Of a stretch of DNA of 64,000 bases, positions 36,272 through 46,786 are shown in pieces (positions within the stretch are counted from its first letter, which is position 1; each line of letters opens with the position of its first letter). The stretch comes from Acidobacteriota bacterium (GTDB lineage: Bacteria > Acidobacteriota > CAIWXX01). The DNA lies in assembly GCA_040755995.1 (NCBI GenBank), contig JBFMAF010000035.1, positions 64,001 to 128,000 on the forward strand, in the 5' to 3' direction. Under the pieces are notes generated by a model. That model searched no databases and had not been told where the DNA came from. It saw only the letters and a list, made by a program, of their open reading frames with translations. The position numbers were made by a program, and so were the translations under genes.

Positions 36272-36955
36272 ATGGCAACTGAAATAGCCTGGCACGGTCA
36301 CTCTACGTTCGAGGTTCATTCGGGCGGGAGGGTCATCCTCGTAGATCCGTTCTTCAACGGTAATCCGCTTGCGAAGGCGACGCCGGATTCCGTCAAGGCT
36401 GACTTCATTCTGGTGACGCACGGCCACGGGGATCACATCGGCGACACAGTCGAGATCGCCGGACGCACGGGAGCGACGGTAATCTCCAATTTCGAGATCT
36501 GCAACTGGGTCGGCTCGAAGGGCGATCTCAAGGTTCATCCGCAGCATATCGGCGGCGGATTCCAGCACCCGTTCGGCTACACGAAGCTGACGATCGCGCA
36601 TCACGGGTCCGCATTGCCCGACGGTTCGTACGGCGGCAACCCGTGCGGCTTTCTTATCAGCCTGGAAGGCAAGAAGGTCTACTTCGCGGGCGACACCGGG
36701 CTTTTTCTCGAAATGCAGCTCTACGGTGAAGAAGGCATCGACCTGGCGTTTCTGCCCGTCGGAGACAACTTCACGATGGGACCCGACGACGCGCTCCGCG
36801 CCGTGAAGCTCCTGCGGCCCAGGACCGTCGTCCCGATCCACTACGGCACCTGGCCGGTGATCGAGCAGAGCGCCGAGGCCTGGAAGCAGCGAGTGGAAAA
36901 GGAGACATCGACGCGCTGCGTCATCCTCACCCCCGGTGGTCGCATCTCCCCGTAG
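36272..36955 (+). CDS. metal-dependent hydrolase, MBL fold (UPF0173-like)
   Basis: WHGHS, THGHGDH, YFAGDT, PIHYGTW; AGGAGG RBS. Confidence 0.93.
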   Translation: MATEIAWHGHSTFEVHSGGRVILVDPFFNGNPLAKATPDSVKADFILVTHGHGDHIGDTVEIAGRTGATVISNFEICNWVGSKGDLKVHPQHIGGGFQHPFGYTKLTIAHHGSALPDGSYGGNPCGFLISLEGKKVYFAGDTGLFLEMQLYGEEGIDLAFLPVGDNFTMGPDDALRAVKLLRPRTVVPIHYGTWPVIEQSAEAWKQRVEKETSTRCVILTPGGRISP

Positions 36956-37017
36956 AAACGACGCTTCGGCGCAGATTGATTCTCTGAGGAACTAGAACCT
37001 ACGGGAGAAGTGCTGCT

Positions 37018-37644
37018 ATGGCGTTCAACCTGTTTCCAAGAGTGGTGAGATTCTACGACATGCTCCAGGCGCAGAGCCGGTTCCTGACGGAGGCGGCCCG
37101 GGCCCTGGAGTGCATCTGCGAGGATCCTGCTGGACGCAACGCTCTGTGTAAGCGTATCGGCCAGCTGGCTCAAGAGGGCGACGCGTTGGAGCGCGAGATC
37201 TCCACCAAGCTGGCTCAAACGTTCATCACACCGCTGGACCGTGAGGATATTCACGATCTGAACCTCGCACAAGAGGATCTGCTCAATCTCATCCATGCCG
37301 TCTCCACGCGCCTGGGCATCTATCCATTCTCGACGATGCGGCCAGGGGTTCGAACACTGGCCGGTGAGCTTCGCAGGATGGTTGATGAGATAGCTGCCAT
37401 GGTCGGCAATCTCGGCAAGAAGAAGCTGGATACCCACTCCACGGCAGCTCGGGAGATCAAGTCCGATGCGTCGGCTCTCATTTTGGTTGCCTTGGGTGAA
37501 CTGTACGAACAGCCCGTCGGGTCCGCGGGCGAGGTCATGGAGATCATGCTGTGGGCTCAGATCTATGACCGTATGGAGCAGGCCGTCAGGCAGGCCCAGG
37601 CCCTCGCCAGCCTCCTCGAGAGGATAGGTGTCAAGAATGCCTGA
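37018..37644 (+). CDS. DUF47 family phosphate transport regulator
   Basis: TFITPLDREDI motif; upstream of Pit. Confidence 0.92.
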   Translation: MAFNLFPRVVRFYDMLQAQSRFLTEAARALECICEDPAGRNALCKRIGQLAQEGDALEREISTKLAQTFITPLDREDIHDLNLAQEDLLNLIHAVSTRLGIYPFSTMRPGVRTLAGELRRMVDEIAAMVGNLGKKKLDTHSTAAREIKSDASALILVALGELYEQPVGSAGEVMEIMLWAQIYDRMEQAVRQAQALASLLERIGVKNA

Positions 37645-38641
37645 GATTTCCTGGCTGCTCGTCGTCATTATCTTCGCCGCCTTGGCCTTTGACTACACCA
37701 ACGGCGCGCATGATGCAGCGAACGCCATCGCCACGGTGGTCTCCACCAAGGTCTTGTCGCCCAGAGCTGCTGTGGTCATGTCAGCGACACTCAATTTCGG
37801 CGGAGCGATGTTGGGCACCCGCGTGGCGGAGACGATCGGCAAAGGGATCGTTGACCCGAAGATGATCCTGGACTCCCATTGCCTGTTGCTCGCGTCCGTT
37901 CTTGCGGCCATTGCCTGGAACTCATTCACGTGGTGGCTCGGCCTGCCTTCATCCTCCTCGCACGCGCTCATCGGGGGGCTGATAGGCGCCGCGGTGGTGG
38001 AATGCGGATGGAGCGTCCTGCAGTACCGATCCATCCTGGAGAAGGTCGTGGTGCCGCTTTTCGTCTCGCCGCTCGCCGGTCTCATCGCAGGCTACTTCCT
38101 GATGGTGTTGATCGCGTGGTTGACCCATGGCCTCCGGTATCGGACCGCCAGTGCCGCATTCAAGAGGCTCCAGATCCTGACGGCCGGGTTCATGTCCGTG
38201 AGCCATGGTTCCAACGACGCCCAGAAAACCATGGGCCTGATCACGCTGAGCCTGCTGAGTTATGGGCTCATTCCGAGCCTGACGGTCCCGCTGTGGGTGA
38301 AGCTGGCATGCGCCGGCGCCATCAGTCTAGGGACGATGACGGGCGGCTGGAAGATCATTCGGACGATGGGGCACAAGATATTCAGGATGCGCCCTGTGCA
38401 CGGATTCGCTGCCGAGATTGCCGCCTCGACGGTCATCTTCTCAGCTTCGCTCTTCGGGGCACCCATCAGCACGACCCACGTGATCTCCTCGTCTGTGCTC
38501 GGCGTCGGCTCAGCCCAAAGATGGACGGCTGTGAAATGGAGGGTCGCAGGCGAAATGGTCAGCGCGTGGGTCTTCACCATCCCGTGCGCGGCCGTGGCCG
38601 GGGCGCTGTGGATGATGCTCCTGGGCGCTATCGGCCTTTGA
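37637..38641 (+). CDS. pit: Pit family inorganic phosphate transporter
   Basis: NGAHDAANAIAT, GLPSSSSHALIGG, HGSNDAQKTMG, PISTTH. Confidence 0.95.
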   Translation: MPEISWLLVVIIFAALAFDYTNGAHDAANAIATVVSTKVLSPRAAVVMSATLNFGGAMLGTRVAETIGKGIVDPKMILDSHCLLLASVLAAIAWNSFTWWLGLPSSSSHALIGGLIGAAVVECGWSVLQYRSILEKVVVPLFVSPLAGLIAGYFLMVLIAWLTHGLRYRTASAAFKRLQILTAGFMSVSHGSNDAQKTMGLITLSLLSYGLIPSLTVPLWVKLACAGAISLGTMTGGWKIIRTMGHKIFRMRPVHGFAAEIAASTVIFSASLFGAPISTTHVISSSVLGVGSAQRWTAVKWRVAGEMVSAWVFTIPCAAVAGALWMMLLGAIGL

Positions 38642-39959
38642 GCGTCCGCTCTGCAGGCCGAACTTCATAGATCCGGAACGAGTTCTTCCCAGGATCCACG
38701 GCGGTGAACGATAGGTGGCTCGCACGGTCCCGCACGAAACCGAACCTGTCGGGGAAGGCCATCACGTAGAGGGCGCCGCCGGGTCGGAGGCGGGCGTCCA
38801 GCGACGAGAGCACTGAGAGCATGATACGCCCTTCATGATCGACACCCCTGTGGTCGCTCCAACTCAGCGCTGTCTCGTACGTTACGGGCGCGTTGAACAG
38901 GATGGTGTCGTATGCATCCGGCACATTCTGGAACGCATCGCTTCGCCAGACGCGGATTCGCCGCGCAAGATCGTGGTACGCCACGCTCGCTCTCGCGTTG
39001 GCGACCTCGAGATCCCCGATGTCTACCGCATCAACGGCCACGTCGCGATTCAGCGCCACCAGGACCGCCTCAGGGCCGGCTCCGCATCCAAGGACGAGCA
39101 CTCGCTGGCCCGCCTGGATCTTCGGGAGCGCGCAGGCCAGCAGCACGCGCACGAAGTCTGTGTTGGGCGTGAAGACATCCAGGAACAGCGGAATACTGAC
39201 GTTGCCGCAGGGGCCTCCTCTGGCCACCGACCACCACAACCGAAAATCGCCGGTGGGGCCGTCGATGCCTATTGGTGCGCTGCTCTCGGCGAGGTCAGCC
39301 CCCAGAGCCGTATTGACGAACTTCCCGAAGTACTCCGTCTTGAACTCGCTCCAGCGTTCACGTGCGCTCGCATCCGGCGCCGCCCCGAACGACGTCAGCT
39401 CCGAGAACTCGAGAAAGGCGAAGTCGCCGGAGGGACCTTCGGGGACCGCATGTGGAGCCCGGATCAGCAGACCAAGCGGCACACGATCATGAATGAGCAG
39501 CCATCCGGCGAGCGGCCCGGCCCGCTGCCCGTGCTCCTTCCAGCCTGGCAGACATCCCGCGGCGCGACGCAGAACGGACGAGTCGCCGACTGCGATCAGA
39601 TGAAACGGGCCGAGCCGCGCACCGGGCTCCGAGTCCAGTGCTACCCCGAGTGCGTCCAGGAAGAACCGGATCGAATCGGACGCGCACGGATAGGGCACTG
39701 TGGCTACCTCGTCCCAAGCGGCCTCAGCAGCATGTTGTGGTAGAGGGCGCCGTAGACACCGAACGCTCGCGGCATGTAGCGCAGCCTGGCCAGTTCGAAG
39801 CCCCTTCGCGCCTTGATCAGGAACTCGCTCTAGGGAAGAGGATCGTCGGAACCGTTCGCGGCGAGGCTGTCCTTTGGCGGCAGTTCGAACCGCGTCACGG
39901 TTCCATCGGTCGAAGGCATGGAGCTCAAGACGATCACGAATGCAGCCGCGCGCCGACAA
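38628..39959 (-). CDS. class I SAM-dependent methyltransferase domain protein (start uncertain)
   Basis: VLVLGCGAG, AVDI, SDAF, YDTILFNAP, LRPGG in C-terminal part. Confidence 0.7.
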   Translation of the reverse strand: MSARGCIRDRLELHAFDRWNRDAVRTAAKGQPRRERFRRSSSLERVPDQGAKGLRTGQAALHAASVRCLRRPLPQHAAEAAWDEVATVPYPCASDSIRFFLDALGVALDSEPGARLGPFHLIAVGDSSVLRRAAGCLPGWKEHGQRAGPLAGWLLIHDRVPLGLLIRAPHAVPEGPSGDFAFLEFSELTSFGAAPDASARERWSEFKTEYFGKFVNTALGADLAESSAPIGIDGPTGDFRLWWSVARGGPCGNVSIPLFLDVFTPNTDFVRVLLACALPKIQAGQRVLVLGCGAGPEAVLVALNRDVAVDAVDIGDLEVANARASVAYHDLARRIRVWRSDAFQNVPDAYDTILFNAPVTYETALSWSDHRGVDHEGRIMLSVLSSLDARLRPGGALYVMAFPDRFGFVRDRASHLSFTAVDPGKNSFRIYEVRPAERTLKGR

Positions 39960-41382
39960 GCTGCGAAATGAGGTAGGTCACGTCAACTGCGTACAGCGCA
40001 ATGAGGATCATGAACCAGAGGTAGAAACAGAACATCACTCTCGGCGATCCCGCGATCCTGAGAACCGCCCACTGGCAGCCCTCGGCGAAACACCACAAGA
40101 AGGCCGGCATGGCTGGGAAGACGTAGATCGCCTTCATTGCGGAGTAGTCGCGGTTGCCATACGTGAATTTCAGCATGCCGATTGCGAACAGCATCAGGAA
40201 TAGCGGCATCACCCAGGAGAAGTCCTGCGAGAGGTGCGCGAGGCCGCGATCGAGAACTCCCTTGCCCGCGCGGACGGCACCATCGGCAAATCCGACGAGC
40301 ATTAGGAAGAGGTGCAGCAAAGCCAGACCGAGGATGGCACTTCCCAGTCCCATGACGAAACGGCTCCTGTCGGCCCAACTCAGAGGAAACTGGTCGAAAT
40401 GGACGAAATGGGTGCGGCCGTAAAGCTGGGACCAGAGTGATGACCTGTGTCTGGGCTCAATTGGGACACCGAGCGTATTGTAGGGATGCCGTATCAGGTC
40501 GATGATCCGAAAGGTGCACCAGGAATCGAGGAGTGTCGTTACGCCGAGTGAGCTCCTCCAGGTCGGGTCCGGAACGAATTCGAAGAACTTCGGAGCGATG
40601 CTCGTGGGCACCTGGGAGTGGATTGGATTGCCGTGCGTCTTCCAGCCATAGTAGTACTGCCCGAAATAGGGCACTATGGCGGCCCAGAGAAGGATGAGTG
40701 TCAGCAGAGTCCTCAGATAGATCCTACGCGCAAGGAGGTCCGATCGGCCGGCGAAGAGAACCACCACGAGCACGAGGACGCTTCCGCCGAAAATGACGAG
40801 CCCCGACGCCTTCGAGAGGCAGGCCAGAATCACCGCCGCTACGAGCAGGGCGCCGTAGAGGCCCGCCTTGGTGTGCAGAAGTCGCCATAGCGAGTAGATT
40901 GCGAGCGTCCCAAACAGGATCACGAAAGAGTCGTTGGTCACCTGGGTGTTGATGCCGACCGACTTGGGGTTCAGCGCCGCGCCCGCGAAGACGATCAGTC
41001 GAACATCGTCCCGAATAGGAAGCATCTGGACGAGCCTGAGCAGAATGTAGACCGTCAGAACGCCGGCGAGTGCACTCAATATCTGAAAGGCGACGATTGC
41101 CGCATTGATCGACTGGAGATCGAATAATCTACCCATCGCCGCGCAGGTGGCGTGGTAGAGCTTGGGGTGGTACCCCTCCCATTCGTCCTCCGCGTGTACG
41201 AACGTCCCCTCGAACTGTATATACCCGATCACGTTCAGATGAATGTCGTTGGCCTCTCTATTCACGACCGCGAGAAGAATGCGCAGGAGAATGGAGACCA
41301 AGAAGACAGCCATCAACGCCCTGGGGAACAGGAGACTCCGCTCGCTACTGTTCCCACCACCATTCAACGAGGATATCCACAT
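39934..41382 (-). CDS. ArnT/PMT-like (GT-C fold) membrane glycosyltransferase
   Basis: Many TM helices; H..VI.YI, EGYHPKLYH, VTND, LSKASG. Confidence 0.75.
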   Translation of the reverse strand: MWISSLNGGGNSSERSLLFPRALMAVFLVSILLRILLAVVNREANDIHLNVIGYIQFEGTFVHAEDEWEGYHPKLYHATCAAMGRLFDLQSINAAIVAFQILSALAGVLTVYILLRLVQMLPIRDDVRLIVFAGAALNPKSVGINTQVTNDSFVILFGTLAIYSLWRLLHTKAGLYGALLVAAVILACLSKASGLVIFGGSVLVLVVVLFAGRSDLLARRIYLRTLLTLILLWAAIVPYFGQYYYGWKTHGNPIHSQVPTSIAPKFFEFVPDPTWRSSLGVTTLLDSWCTFRIIDLIRHPYNTLGVPIEPRHRSSLWSQLYGRTHFVHFDQFPLSWADRSRFVMGLGSAILGLALLHLFLMLVGFADGAVRAGKGVLDRGLAHLSQDFSWVMPLFLMLFAIGMLKFTYGNRDYSAMKAIYVFPAMPAFLWCFAEGCQWAVLRIAGSPRVMFCFYLWFMILIALYAVDVTYLISQLVGARLHS

Positions 41383-42000
41383 CTGCAGCAGAAGTCTCGC
41401 CCTCCAGGCGTGGCGCCTTGTGCGCGAACCTCCTGAGTCTATCCCACACTCCGCGCCCTAGCAACCTTCGCAGTGGGGGCTCAGCTGTTTCGCAATTGTT
41501 TGGTTCCCCGGTTGCAGGGAGAGGCACTTGGAGCGACTTTGCGCTGCGTGGAGGCGGAGGAGCGAAGGCGGGGGCTATCTTGCGGGTGATCACTGACTTG
41601 TTTTTCTGGCTTCGAGAAGGCCTGGGCCGGGCGGCGGGATGATCGAATCAATCAGGTGCCGAACTGGACGCGGGGCAGGCTATGTGGTATGGAATGCACG
41701 GACATGCCCAGCTGCACGAACGAGATAAGCCAGGCTCTGGCTTTTCTGAAGTCTGGATCCAGGAGCATGATAGGATCGATCCCAGATGGTAGCGCACGGG
41801 AAGTGCTTGTGCCTTGGTGCTTGATTACTATTCGACGGTGCGGTAAGTCAGGCGTGAGAGACCCGAGCTCAGACCTTGCCCTGCCCGGTGCCGGCCCTGC
41901 GAGGTCTCCTTCATCACGTGCCCACGCAACAGGGGGCCGAAGGATCTGGGCGCCGCATGCCTCCTCTTCGGGCATGGAGTAGGGGTGGAGGAGGCACGCC

Positions 42001-43485
42001 ATGGGCGAGCGCACGCACGGCCAGGAGCCGAAGGGCGAGCTCCGCTTCGCTGTTTTCGTCGTGGCTTACAACGCGGTATCTACCCTGCGGAGGGTCCTGG
42101 ATCGGATTCCGGCGGAGGCGTGGGAACAGCTCGAAGAGGTCTTCGTTTTTGACGACTGCAGCCAGGACGACACGGCCCTGCTGGGAGAGGGATACAAAGC
42201 CTCGCGCGGCATCGAGAAACTGAAGATCTACCGGAACAAGTGCAACTTGGGTTACGGGGGCAACCAGAAGCGGGGCTATGCCTATGCCCATGAGAAGGGG
42301 TTTGACTACGTCATCCTACTGCATGGGGACGGCCAGTATGCGCCGGAGATGATCCCTGAGTTCATGCGCGTGGCCCGAGAAGAGCGTCCCGCGGCCGTGT
42401 TTGGCTCCCGCATGCTCGCGAAGGGGAGCGCCCGCCGGGGCGGCATGCCGCTCTACAAGTACACCGGGAACAAGATCCTTAGCACATTTGAAAACCTCCT
42501 CCTGGGCGTGAAGCTTTCTGAGTTTCACTCTGGCTACCGCATGTATTCGGTACGGGATCTACGACAGCTCCATCTCCAGGCGTACACCGATGACTTCCAT
42601 TTTGACACGCAGATCATCGTGGAGCTCGTGCACCTGGCGAAGGCTATCGTCGAGATCCCGATCCCTACCTACTACGGGCGGGAGATCTGCTACGTGAACG
42701 GGATGAAATACGCGTGGAACGTGGTCTTGTCGGTCTTACAGTACAAGCTCAGCGGCTTGGGGCTGGTCAGCTGCCACTGGTGCGGCGCGGAGGGGGAGCG
42801 AATGGGTCGGTACCGTGCAAAGGGCAGTCCATTGAGCAGCCACCGGAGAGTGGCGAACCTTGTGCCGCCCAACGCCAGTGTCTTGGATCTGGGCGCGGAG
42901 GGATTCTACGTGACCGAGTTGAAGGCCAGAGGGTGCCTGGTCGTCGGCCTGAACAGCAAGGAGCCGGGGGGCGAGGTCAGGGCCCAGTATGACCGGTTCG
43001 TCTTGCGGGATGCCGATGCCGAGGGGCTGCCGGCACCCAAGGACATCGGCTATTTCGACTGCGTGATCATGGCCGATGTGATCGAGCACCTGAGGACTGC
43101 CCCTGCGGTGCTCTCCCACGCCAAGGATCTGCTTGGGGGAAAGGGTGTCCTCGTCGTCTCAACTGGAAACGTGGCCCACTGGTTTGTCCGCTTGAACCTT
43201 CTGTTGGGGCGCTTCAATTACGCTGAGCGCGGGATACTGGACCAGAGCCACGTGCACCTCTACACGAAGAATACCTTCAAGAGGCTCCTGCTCGGGCAGG
43301 GCTACCAGATCCTCAAGTTCAAGGTCACCCCAATTCCGTTCGAGCTCCTGGCAGGTCGCGGGGCACTTTCCCGGCGGTTCTGGAAGGCCGTTGAGTATGG
43401 CTACTACGTCCTTGCCAGGGTGTGGCCAGGCTTGTTCGCCTACCAGTTCGTCTTGGTGGCCACCCCTTGCAGGAGAGGGCCGTGA
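42001..43485 (+). CDS. GT2 (DPM1-like) glycosyltransferase fused to class I methyltransferase
   Basis: AYNA, DDCSQD, NLGYGGNQK, HGDGQY, EFHSGYR; then VLDLGA, DVIEHL, GILDQSH. Confidence 0.92.
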   Translation: MGERTHGQEPKGELRFAVFVVAYNAVSTLRRVLDRIPAEAWEQLEEVFVFDDCSQDDTALLGEGYKASRGIEKLKIYRNKCNLGYGGNQKRGYAYAHEKGFDYVILLHGDGQYAPEMIPEFMRVAREERPAAVFGSRMLAKGSARRGGMPLYKYTGNKILSTFENLLLGVKLSEFHSGYRMYSVRDLRQLHLQAYTDDFHFDTQIIVELVHLAKAIVEIPIPTYYGREICYVNGMKYAWNVVLSVLQYKLSGLGLVSCHWCGAEGERMGRYRAKGSPLSSHRRVANLVPPNASVLDLGAEGFYVTELKARGCLVVGLNSKEPGGEVRAQYDRFVLRDADAEGLPAPKDIGYFDCVIMADVIEHLRTAPAVLSHAKDLLGGKGVLVVSTGNVAHWFVRLNLLLGRFNYAERGILDQSHVHLYTKNTFKRLLLGQGYQILKFKVTPIPFELLAGRGALSRRFWKAVEYGYYVLARVWPGLFAYQFVLVATPCRRGP

Positions 43486-43758
43486 AGCGGCTCGGCCCGC
43501 CCGCAGCTGGCCTCCGGTGTCCCCGGGACTGCTTCGAGAGGGGGCAGTGATCGGCTGGTCCGCCCGGGCGCTCAAGGGCATGCCGATCTGGCTTTCGGAG
43601 CATTCGCGACCGGGTTCGGGTACGAGTACATCACGACCGAGACCAAACGCGGCGGCGTAACGGACACCACGAACGGCTGGGCCGTCTCGACTCAGCCTAC
43701 AGTCGGCGTCCAGATCCGCTACTACTTGAATTAGCGAGACGCGGTCGGCCGGGTCTCT

Positions 43759-43796
43759 GCGTGCCCGTACCCGTTCGACGTCGGGTACGGGTGCGC
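43759..43796. repeat. inverted repeat (hairpin) between convergent genes
   Basis: CCCGTACCCG-8 nt-CGGGTACGGG; no U-tract. Confidence 0.6.
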
Positions 43797-43821
43797 GCAC
43801 CGTACCGAGGATTCGGCCCAG

Positions 43822-45750
43822 TCATCCGACGCGCTGGCGCAAGTAGAGCTCCTCGATGCTCGTCGTACTGTCGGTCTCGTGGGCGTGCTTGTCGGCGCGG
43901 ATGACGACAAGCTTGGGATCGCGAAGCGAGAGGCGCCCTGTCGCATGGTCGCGCGTCACGCCTTCAAACCGCACCGTGACGACGATGTGCGGAAGCAGCT
44001 CCATGCCGGGCCGCACGCCGGAAGCGCTCGGCCGCTCGATCCGCCGCCCCGTCAGCAGCCCTTCCCTCAGGATCTCCGCCTGTATCTCCGCGTCGCGCAC
44101 CCGATCGACTCCAGCCACGTCCCCAACGTCCTCGAACGAGCCGTCCGGCCGGCGAGCGCCGATCAGGTACGACCCGAACACCCCGGCGTGCTCCTTGGTG
44201 GTCACGGCAAGCACCGCGCCGAGGAGGACCAGGTCGAGCGTCACCTCCGGCTTCCGCTTCCTCCATGCCGGATCGCGCTCGGAAAGCAGGTAGCGCCCGT
44301 TCAGGTCCTTGGCGATGATCCCCTCGTAGCCCTGCGCGCGGAAGTGGTGGAAGAGCCTGTTGACATCATCGCGGCTGCTCGCGAGCTGCCCCTCGGCGAC
44401 GAGGAGAGGCACGGGGAGTGAGAAAGCGGCGAGCGGCGCGAGCAGAGCCTGGAGCCGCGCACGGCGCTCGGCGAGCGCCATCGACGTGAGATCGTGGCCG
44501 TTCAAGTACAGCAGATCGAAGGCCGCGAACTTGAGATGCACGGGCTGCGCCCGTTCGCCCTGCAGCGCCGCGTACACTTCGTAGACTGTGGCGGGGCGCG
44601 CGCCATCGAGGCTCAGCACTGTGCCGTACAGCTCGCCGTCTACTATCGCATCGCGCGCCGGAATCATCTTGATCGTAGCGTCGAGCCCGGGTACGAGCTC
44701 GAGCCAGTCTCCCCGGTTGCGCGTGTAGGCGCCGCAGAGCACCGTGGACAGTGCATCGGTCGACTTGTGCAGCATCAGCCGTATGCCGTCGTACTTGCGC
44801 TCGACCCACACTGGGAACTTGTCGATCTCGTCGGCCGTCCCGCCCGCGAGCGCCGGCCGGACCGGCGCGAGCGGTTTGAGGCGGATGCTGTGAAGCCCTT
44901 GCGGGCCGTGTGCCTGGAGAGCCTCGGCGACGTGGAAGACGTCGGTGAGCGCTATGGCGTGCGCCACGGCCTCCTCCGAGGCGCCGAAGCTGGTCGCGAG
45001 GACTCGAGCGATCAGCGATCCCTGGTATTCGATGCCGGCCTTGCACAACAGAAGCCTGGCGAGGAAGTACGCTTCGAGTTTCCCGCAACGCAACAGCATT
45101 GAGCGAAGGACGTCGAAGGCGAGAGTCCTTCGTGTGCCTGGAAGGAACCGCAGCGTCTCGAGGACCTCGGCGGAAGTCAGTGCCGGCTCCTCTCGCAATG
45201 AAGGCCGCGTTTCGGCCATGAGCACCGCCACGTCTCCAACCATGGTGAGCCGATCCAGCATCTCACGGTAACGCGCAAGCCGCACCGAGGAGGTCAGGCG
45301 GACCAGGCTGTCTCGCCGGAAGGTGCTCTTCTTGCCTCGGAAGGGTTGGCCCAGGATGCAGCCGAGCTTCTGGAGCAGACCGAGCCCGGTCTCGCGGTCG
45401 AGAAACCGCCGTATAAGGTTCTCGCGCGCTTGCGAATCCAGTGGCGGCGGAACGATTATCCCAAACAGCTGGGCTACCTTCTCAGGAGCCATACCCGAGA
45501 GTGGCAGGAACAGGCCGGTGCAGAGACTGTAGAACGGAATCGAGTCCAGTGCGCCCTCCGCCACCGGAGCGCCTCGCTCGGCCGCGAGCCTCTCGATGAC
45601 GAACGCGAGGTGAAGCGGGACGCCCAGGTTGCCTTCGAGATACTCGGTTGTGGCCGGTTGAGGTCCGAGCGTATGCAGAACAGGCGCGAGCGACCCTGCG
45701 CTCTCGACCCAGGCCCGGACGTCGTCGGACTGAACAACTTTCATCGCCAA
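43822..45750 (-). CDS. ATP-dependent DNA ligase
   Basis: Motifs I ERKYDGIR, III IVDGEL, IIIa FAAFDLL, IV EGIIAK, V WRKRKP, VI LRDP..IRADK. Confidence 0.93.
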   Translation of the reverse strand: MAMKVVQSDDVRAWVESAGSLAPVLHTLGPQPATTEYLEGNLGVPLHLAFVIERLAAERGAPVAEGALDSIPFYSLCTGLFLPLSGMAPEKVAQLFGIIVPPPLDSQARENLIRRFLDRETGLGLLQKLGCILGQPFRGKKSTFRRDSLVRLTSSVRLARYREMLDRLTMVGDVAVLMAETRPSLREEPALTSAEVLETLRFLPGTRRTLAFDVLRSMLLRCGKLEAYFLARLLLCKAGIEYQGSLIARVLATSFGASEEAVAHAIALTDVFHVAEALQAHGPQGLHSIRLKPLAPVRPALAGGTADEIDKFPVWVERKYDGIRLMLHKSTDALSTVLCGAYTRNRGDWLELVPGLDATIKMIPARDAIVDGELYGTVLSLDGARPATVYEVYAALQGERAQPVHLKFAAFDLLYLNGHDLTSMALAERRARLQALLAPLAAFSLPVPLLVAEGQLASSRDDVNRLFHHFRAQGYEGIIAKDLNGRYLLSERDPAWRKRKPEVTLDLVLLGAVLAVTTKEHAGVFGSYLIGARRPDGSFEDVGDVAGVDRVRDAEIQAEILREGLLTGRRIERPSASGVRPGMELLPHIVVTVRFEGVTRDHATGRLSLRDPKLVVIRADKHAHETDSTTSIEELYLRQRVG

Positions 45751-45823
45751 CTCCCTCTCCTACTCGCCCCACTACACGCCGTCTGCCTCAGGGGGAGCAC
45801 CGAAGCTGGCATGATCGGCTCTC

Positions 45824-46156
45824 TCACCGCCGCTTAGCTGATGACCGGACATGGCGTGCGCTGCGCCAGTACACATCTGGCAGGCCCCAGGCTCGGCCGA
45901 TCTCGTATCGCATCAGCAGACGCGCGGCCCGGCTGAGCATCGCGAGGTCGCGCATAACCCAGAGGTCACCGAGCAGATTCCGCGTCGTGTATTCATCGAC
46001 CGGGCTTCCGGCGGGCAACCTCCGCAATCGCCGCATGATCTCGGCACACTCCGCCGCCGAGAATCTCGATCGCATGGCACGACAGGATGCCGTCAATTCG
46101 GCCCACTCGCGAAATCCGTGGCGGCGTTGATGGATCAGCGGATCGAAGGCGCTCAT
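45824..46156 (-). CDS. hypothetical protein (110 aa)
   Basis: ATGA overlap with upstream nucleotidyltransferase; no family recognised. Confidence 0.5.
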   Translation of the reverse strand: MSAFDPLIHQRRHGFREWAELTASCRAMRSRFSAAECAEIMRRLRRLPAGSPVDEYTTRNLLGDLWVMRDLAMLSRAARLLMRYEIGRAWGLPDVYWRSARHVRSSAKRR

Positions 46157-46755
46157 GGTTTCAGTCGCTGGATGGAACGCAAGATCTCGGCGTCTTCCAA
46201 GTCGCGCGGCCGTTCGGAGAGTGACTTCAAGTCAGCAAACGCCCCCAGTCCCAGCACCCTGAACCGTTCACCGGAAGACACCTCTTTGATCACTGTGTTC
46301 TGCAGGGCTCGCTCGCACACCGATCCGGGGTCGGCAATGAGGAAGTCCAGGACCTCTGGGTCGGCATCAGGCACGAGCCGAACGAACCGCCGTATCCTGA
46401 TCCGGCCACGGGCAACTCTGATCTCCCCTGGCTCGTGTGCATATCCCAGCTCGCGGAGACGAGGTCGAAGGGCGTCCACCGCTTCAGGCTCGATGATCAA
46501 GTCCACGTCCGCTGATGCGCGAGGCGCACCGTAGATAGCCATTCCGACGGCACCGCACCAGGCATGCTTGTATCCCCCGGCTGCGAGAAGACCCGCCACC
46601 TCCCGCGCCATCTGCAGCAGCTGCCGAGCGCCCTCCTTCACATGGACGTTCTCACGATCCGGACTGACACCGCTGCGGACGCCCGTGGCCGGTTTGGAGG
46701 AGCGCCCTGGCTTCCCGAGCACTCGCTTGCTGGGTCTCGTGATTCTCGGCATCAC
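46153..46755 (-). CDS. Pol-beta-type nucleotidyltransferase (AbiEii/DUF6036-like; start likely near 46641)
   Basis: GAVGMAIYGAPRASADVDLII, LDFL, LK..RPRDLED. Confidence 0.8.
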   Translation of the reverse strand: MMPRITRPSKRVLGKPGRSSKPATGVRSGVSPDRENVHVKEGARQLLQMAREVAGLLAAGGYKHAWCGAVGMAIYGAPRASADVDLIIEPEAVDALRPRLRELGYAHEPGEIRVARGRIRIRRFVRLVPDADPEVLDFLIADPGSVCERALQNTVIKEVSSGERFRVLGLGAFADLKSLSERPRDLEDAEILRSIQRLKP

Positions 46756-46786
46756 GCGTCACTCGGTCAAGGCGTGTTGTTCCTCT

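Noticed and set aside
41400..42000. Possible ncRNA or gene remnant in a long spacer
   Set aside because: No recognisable RNA structure or protein motif by eye; needs Rfam and BLASTx
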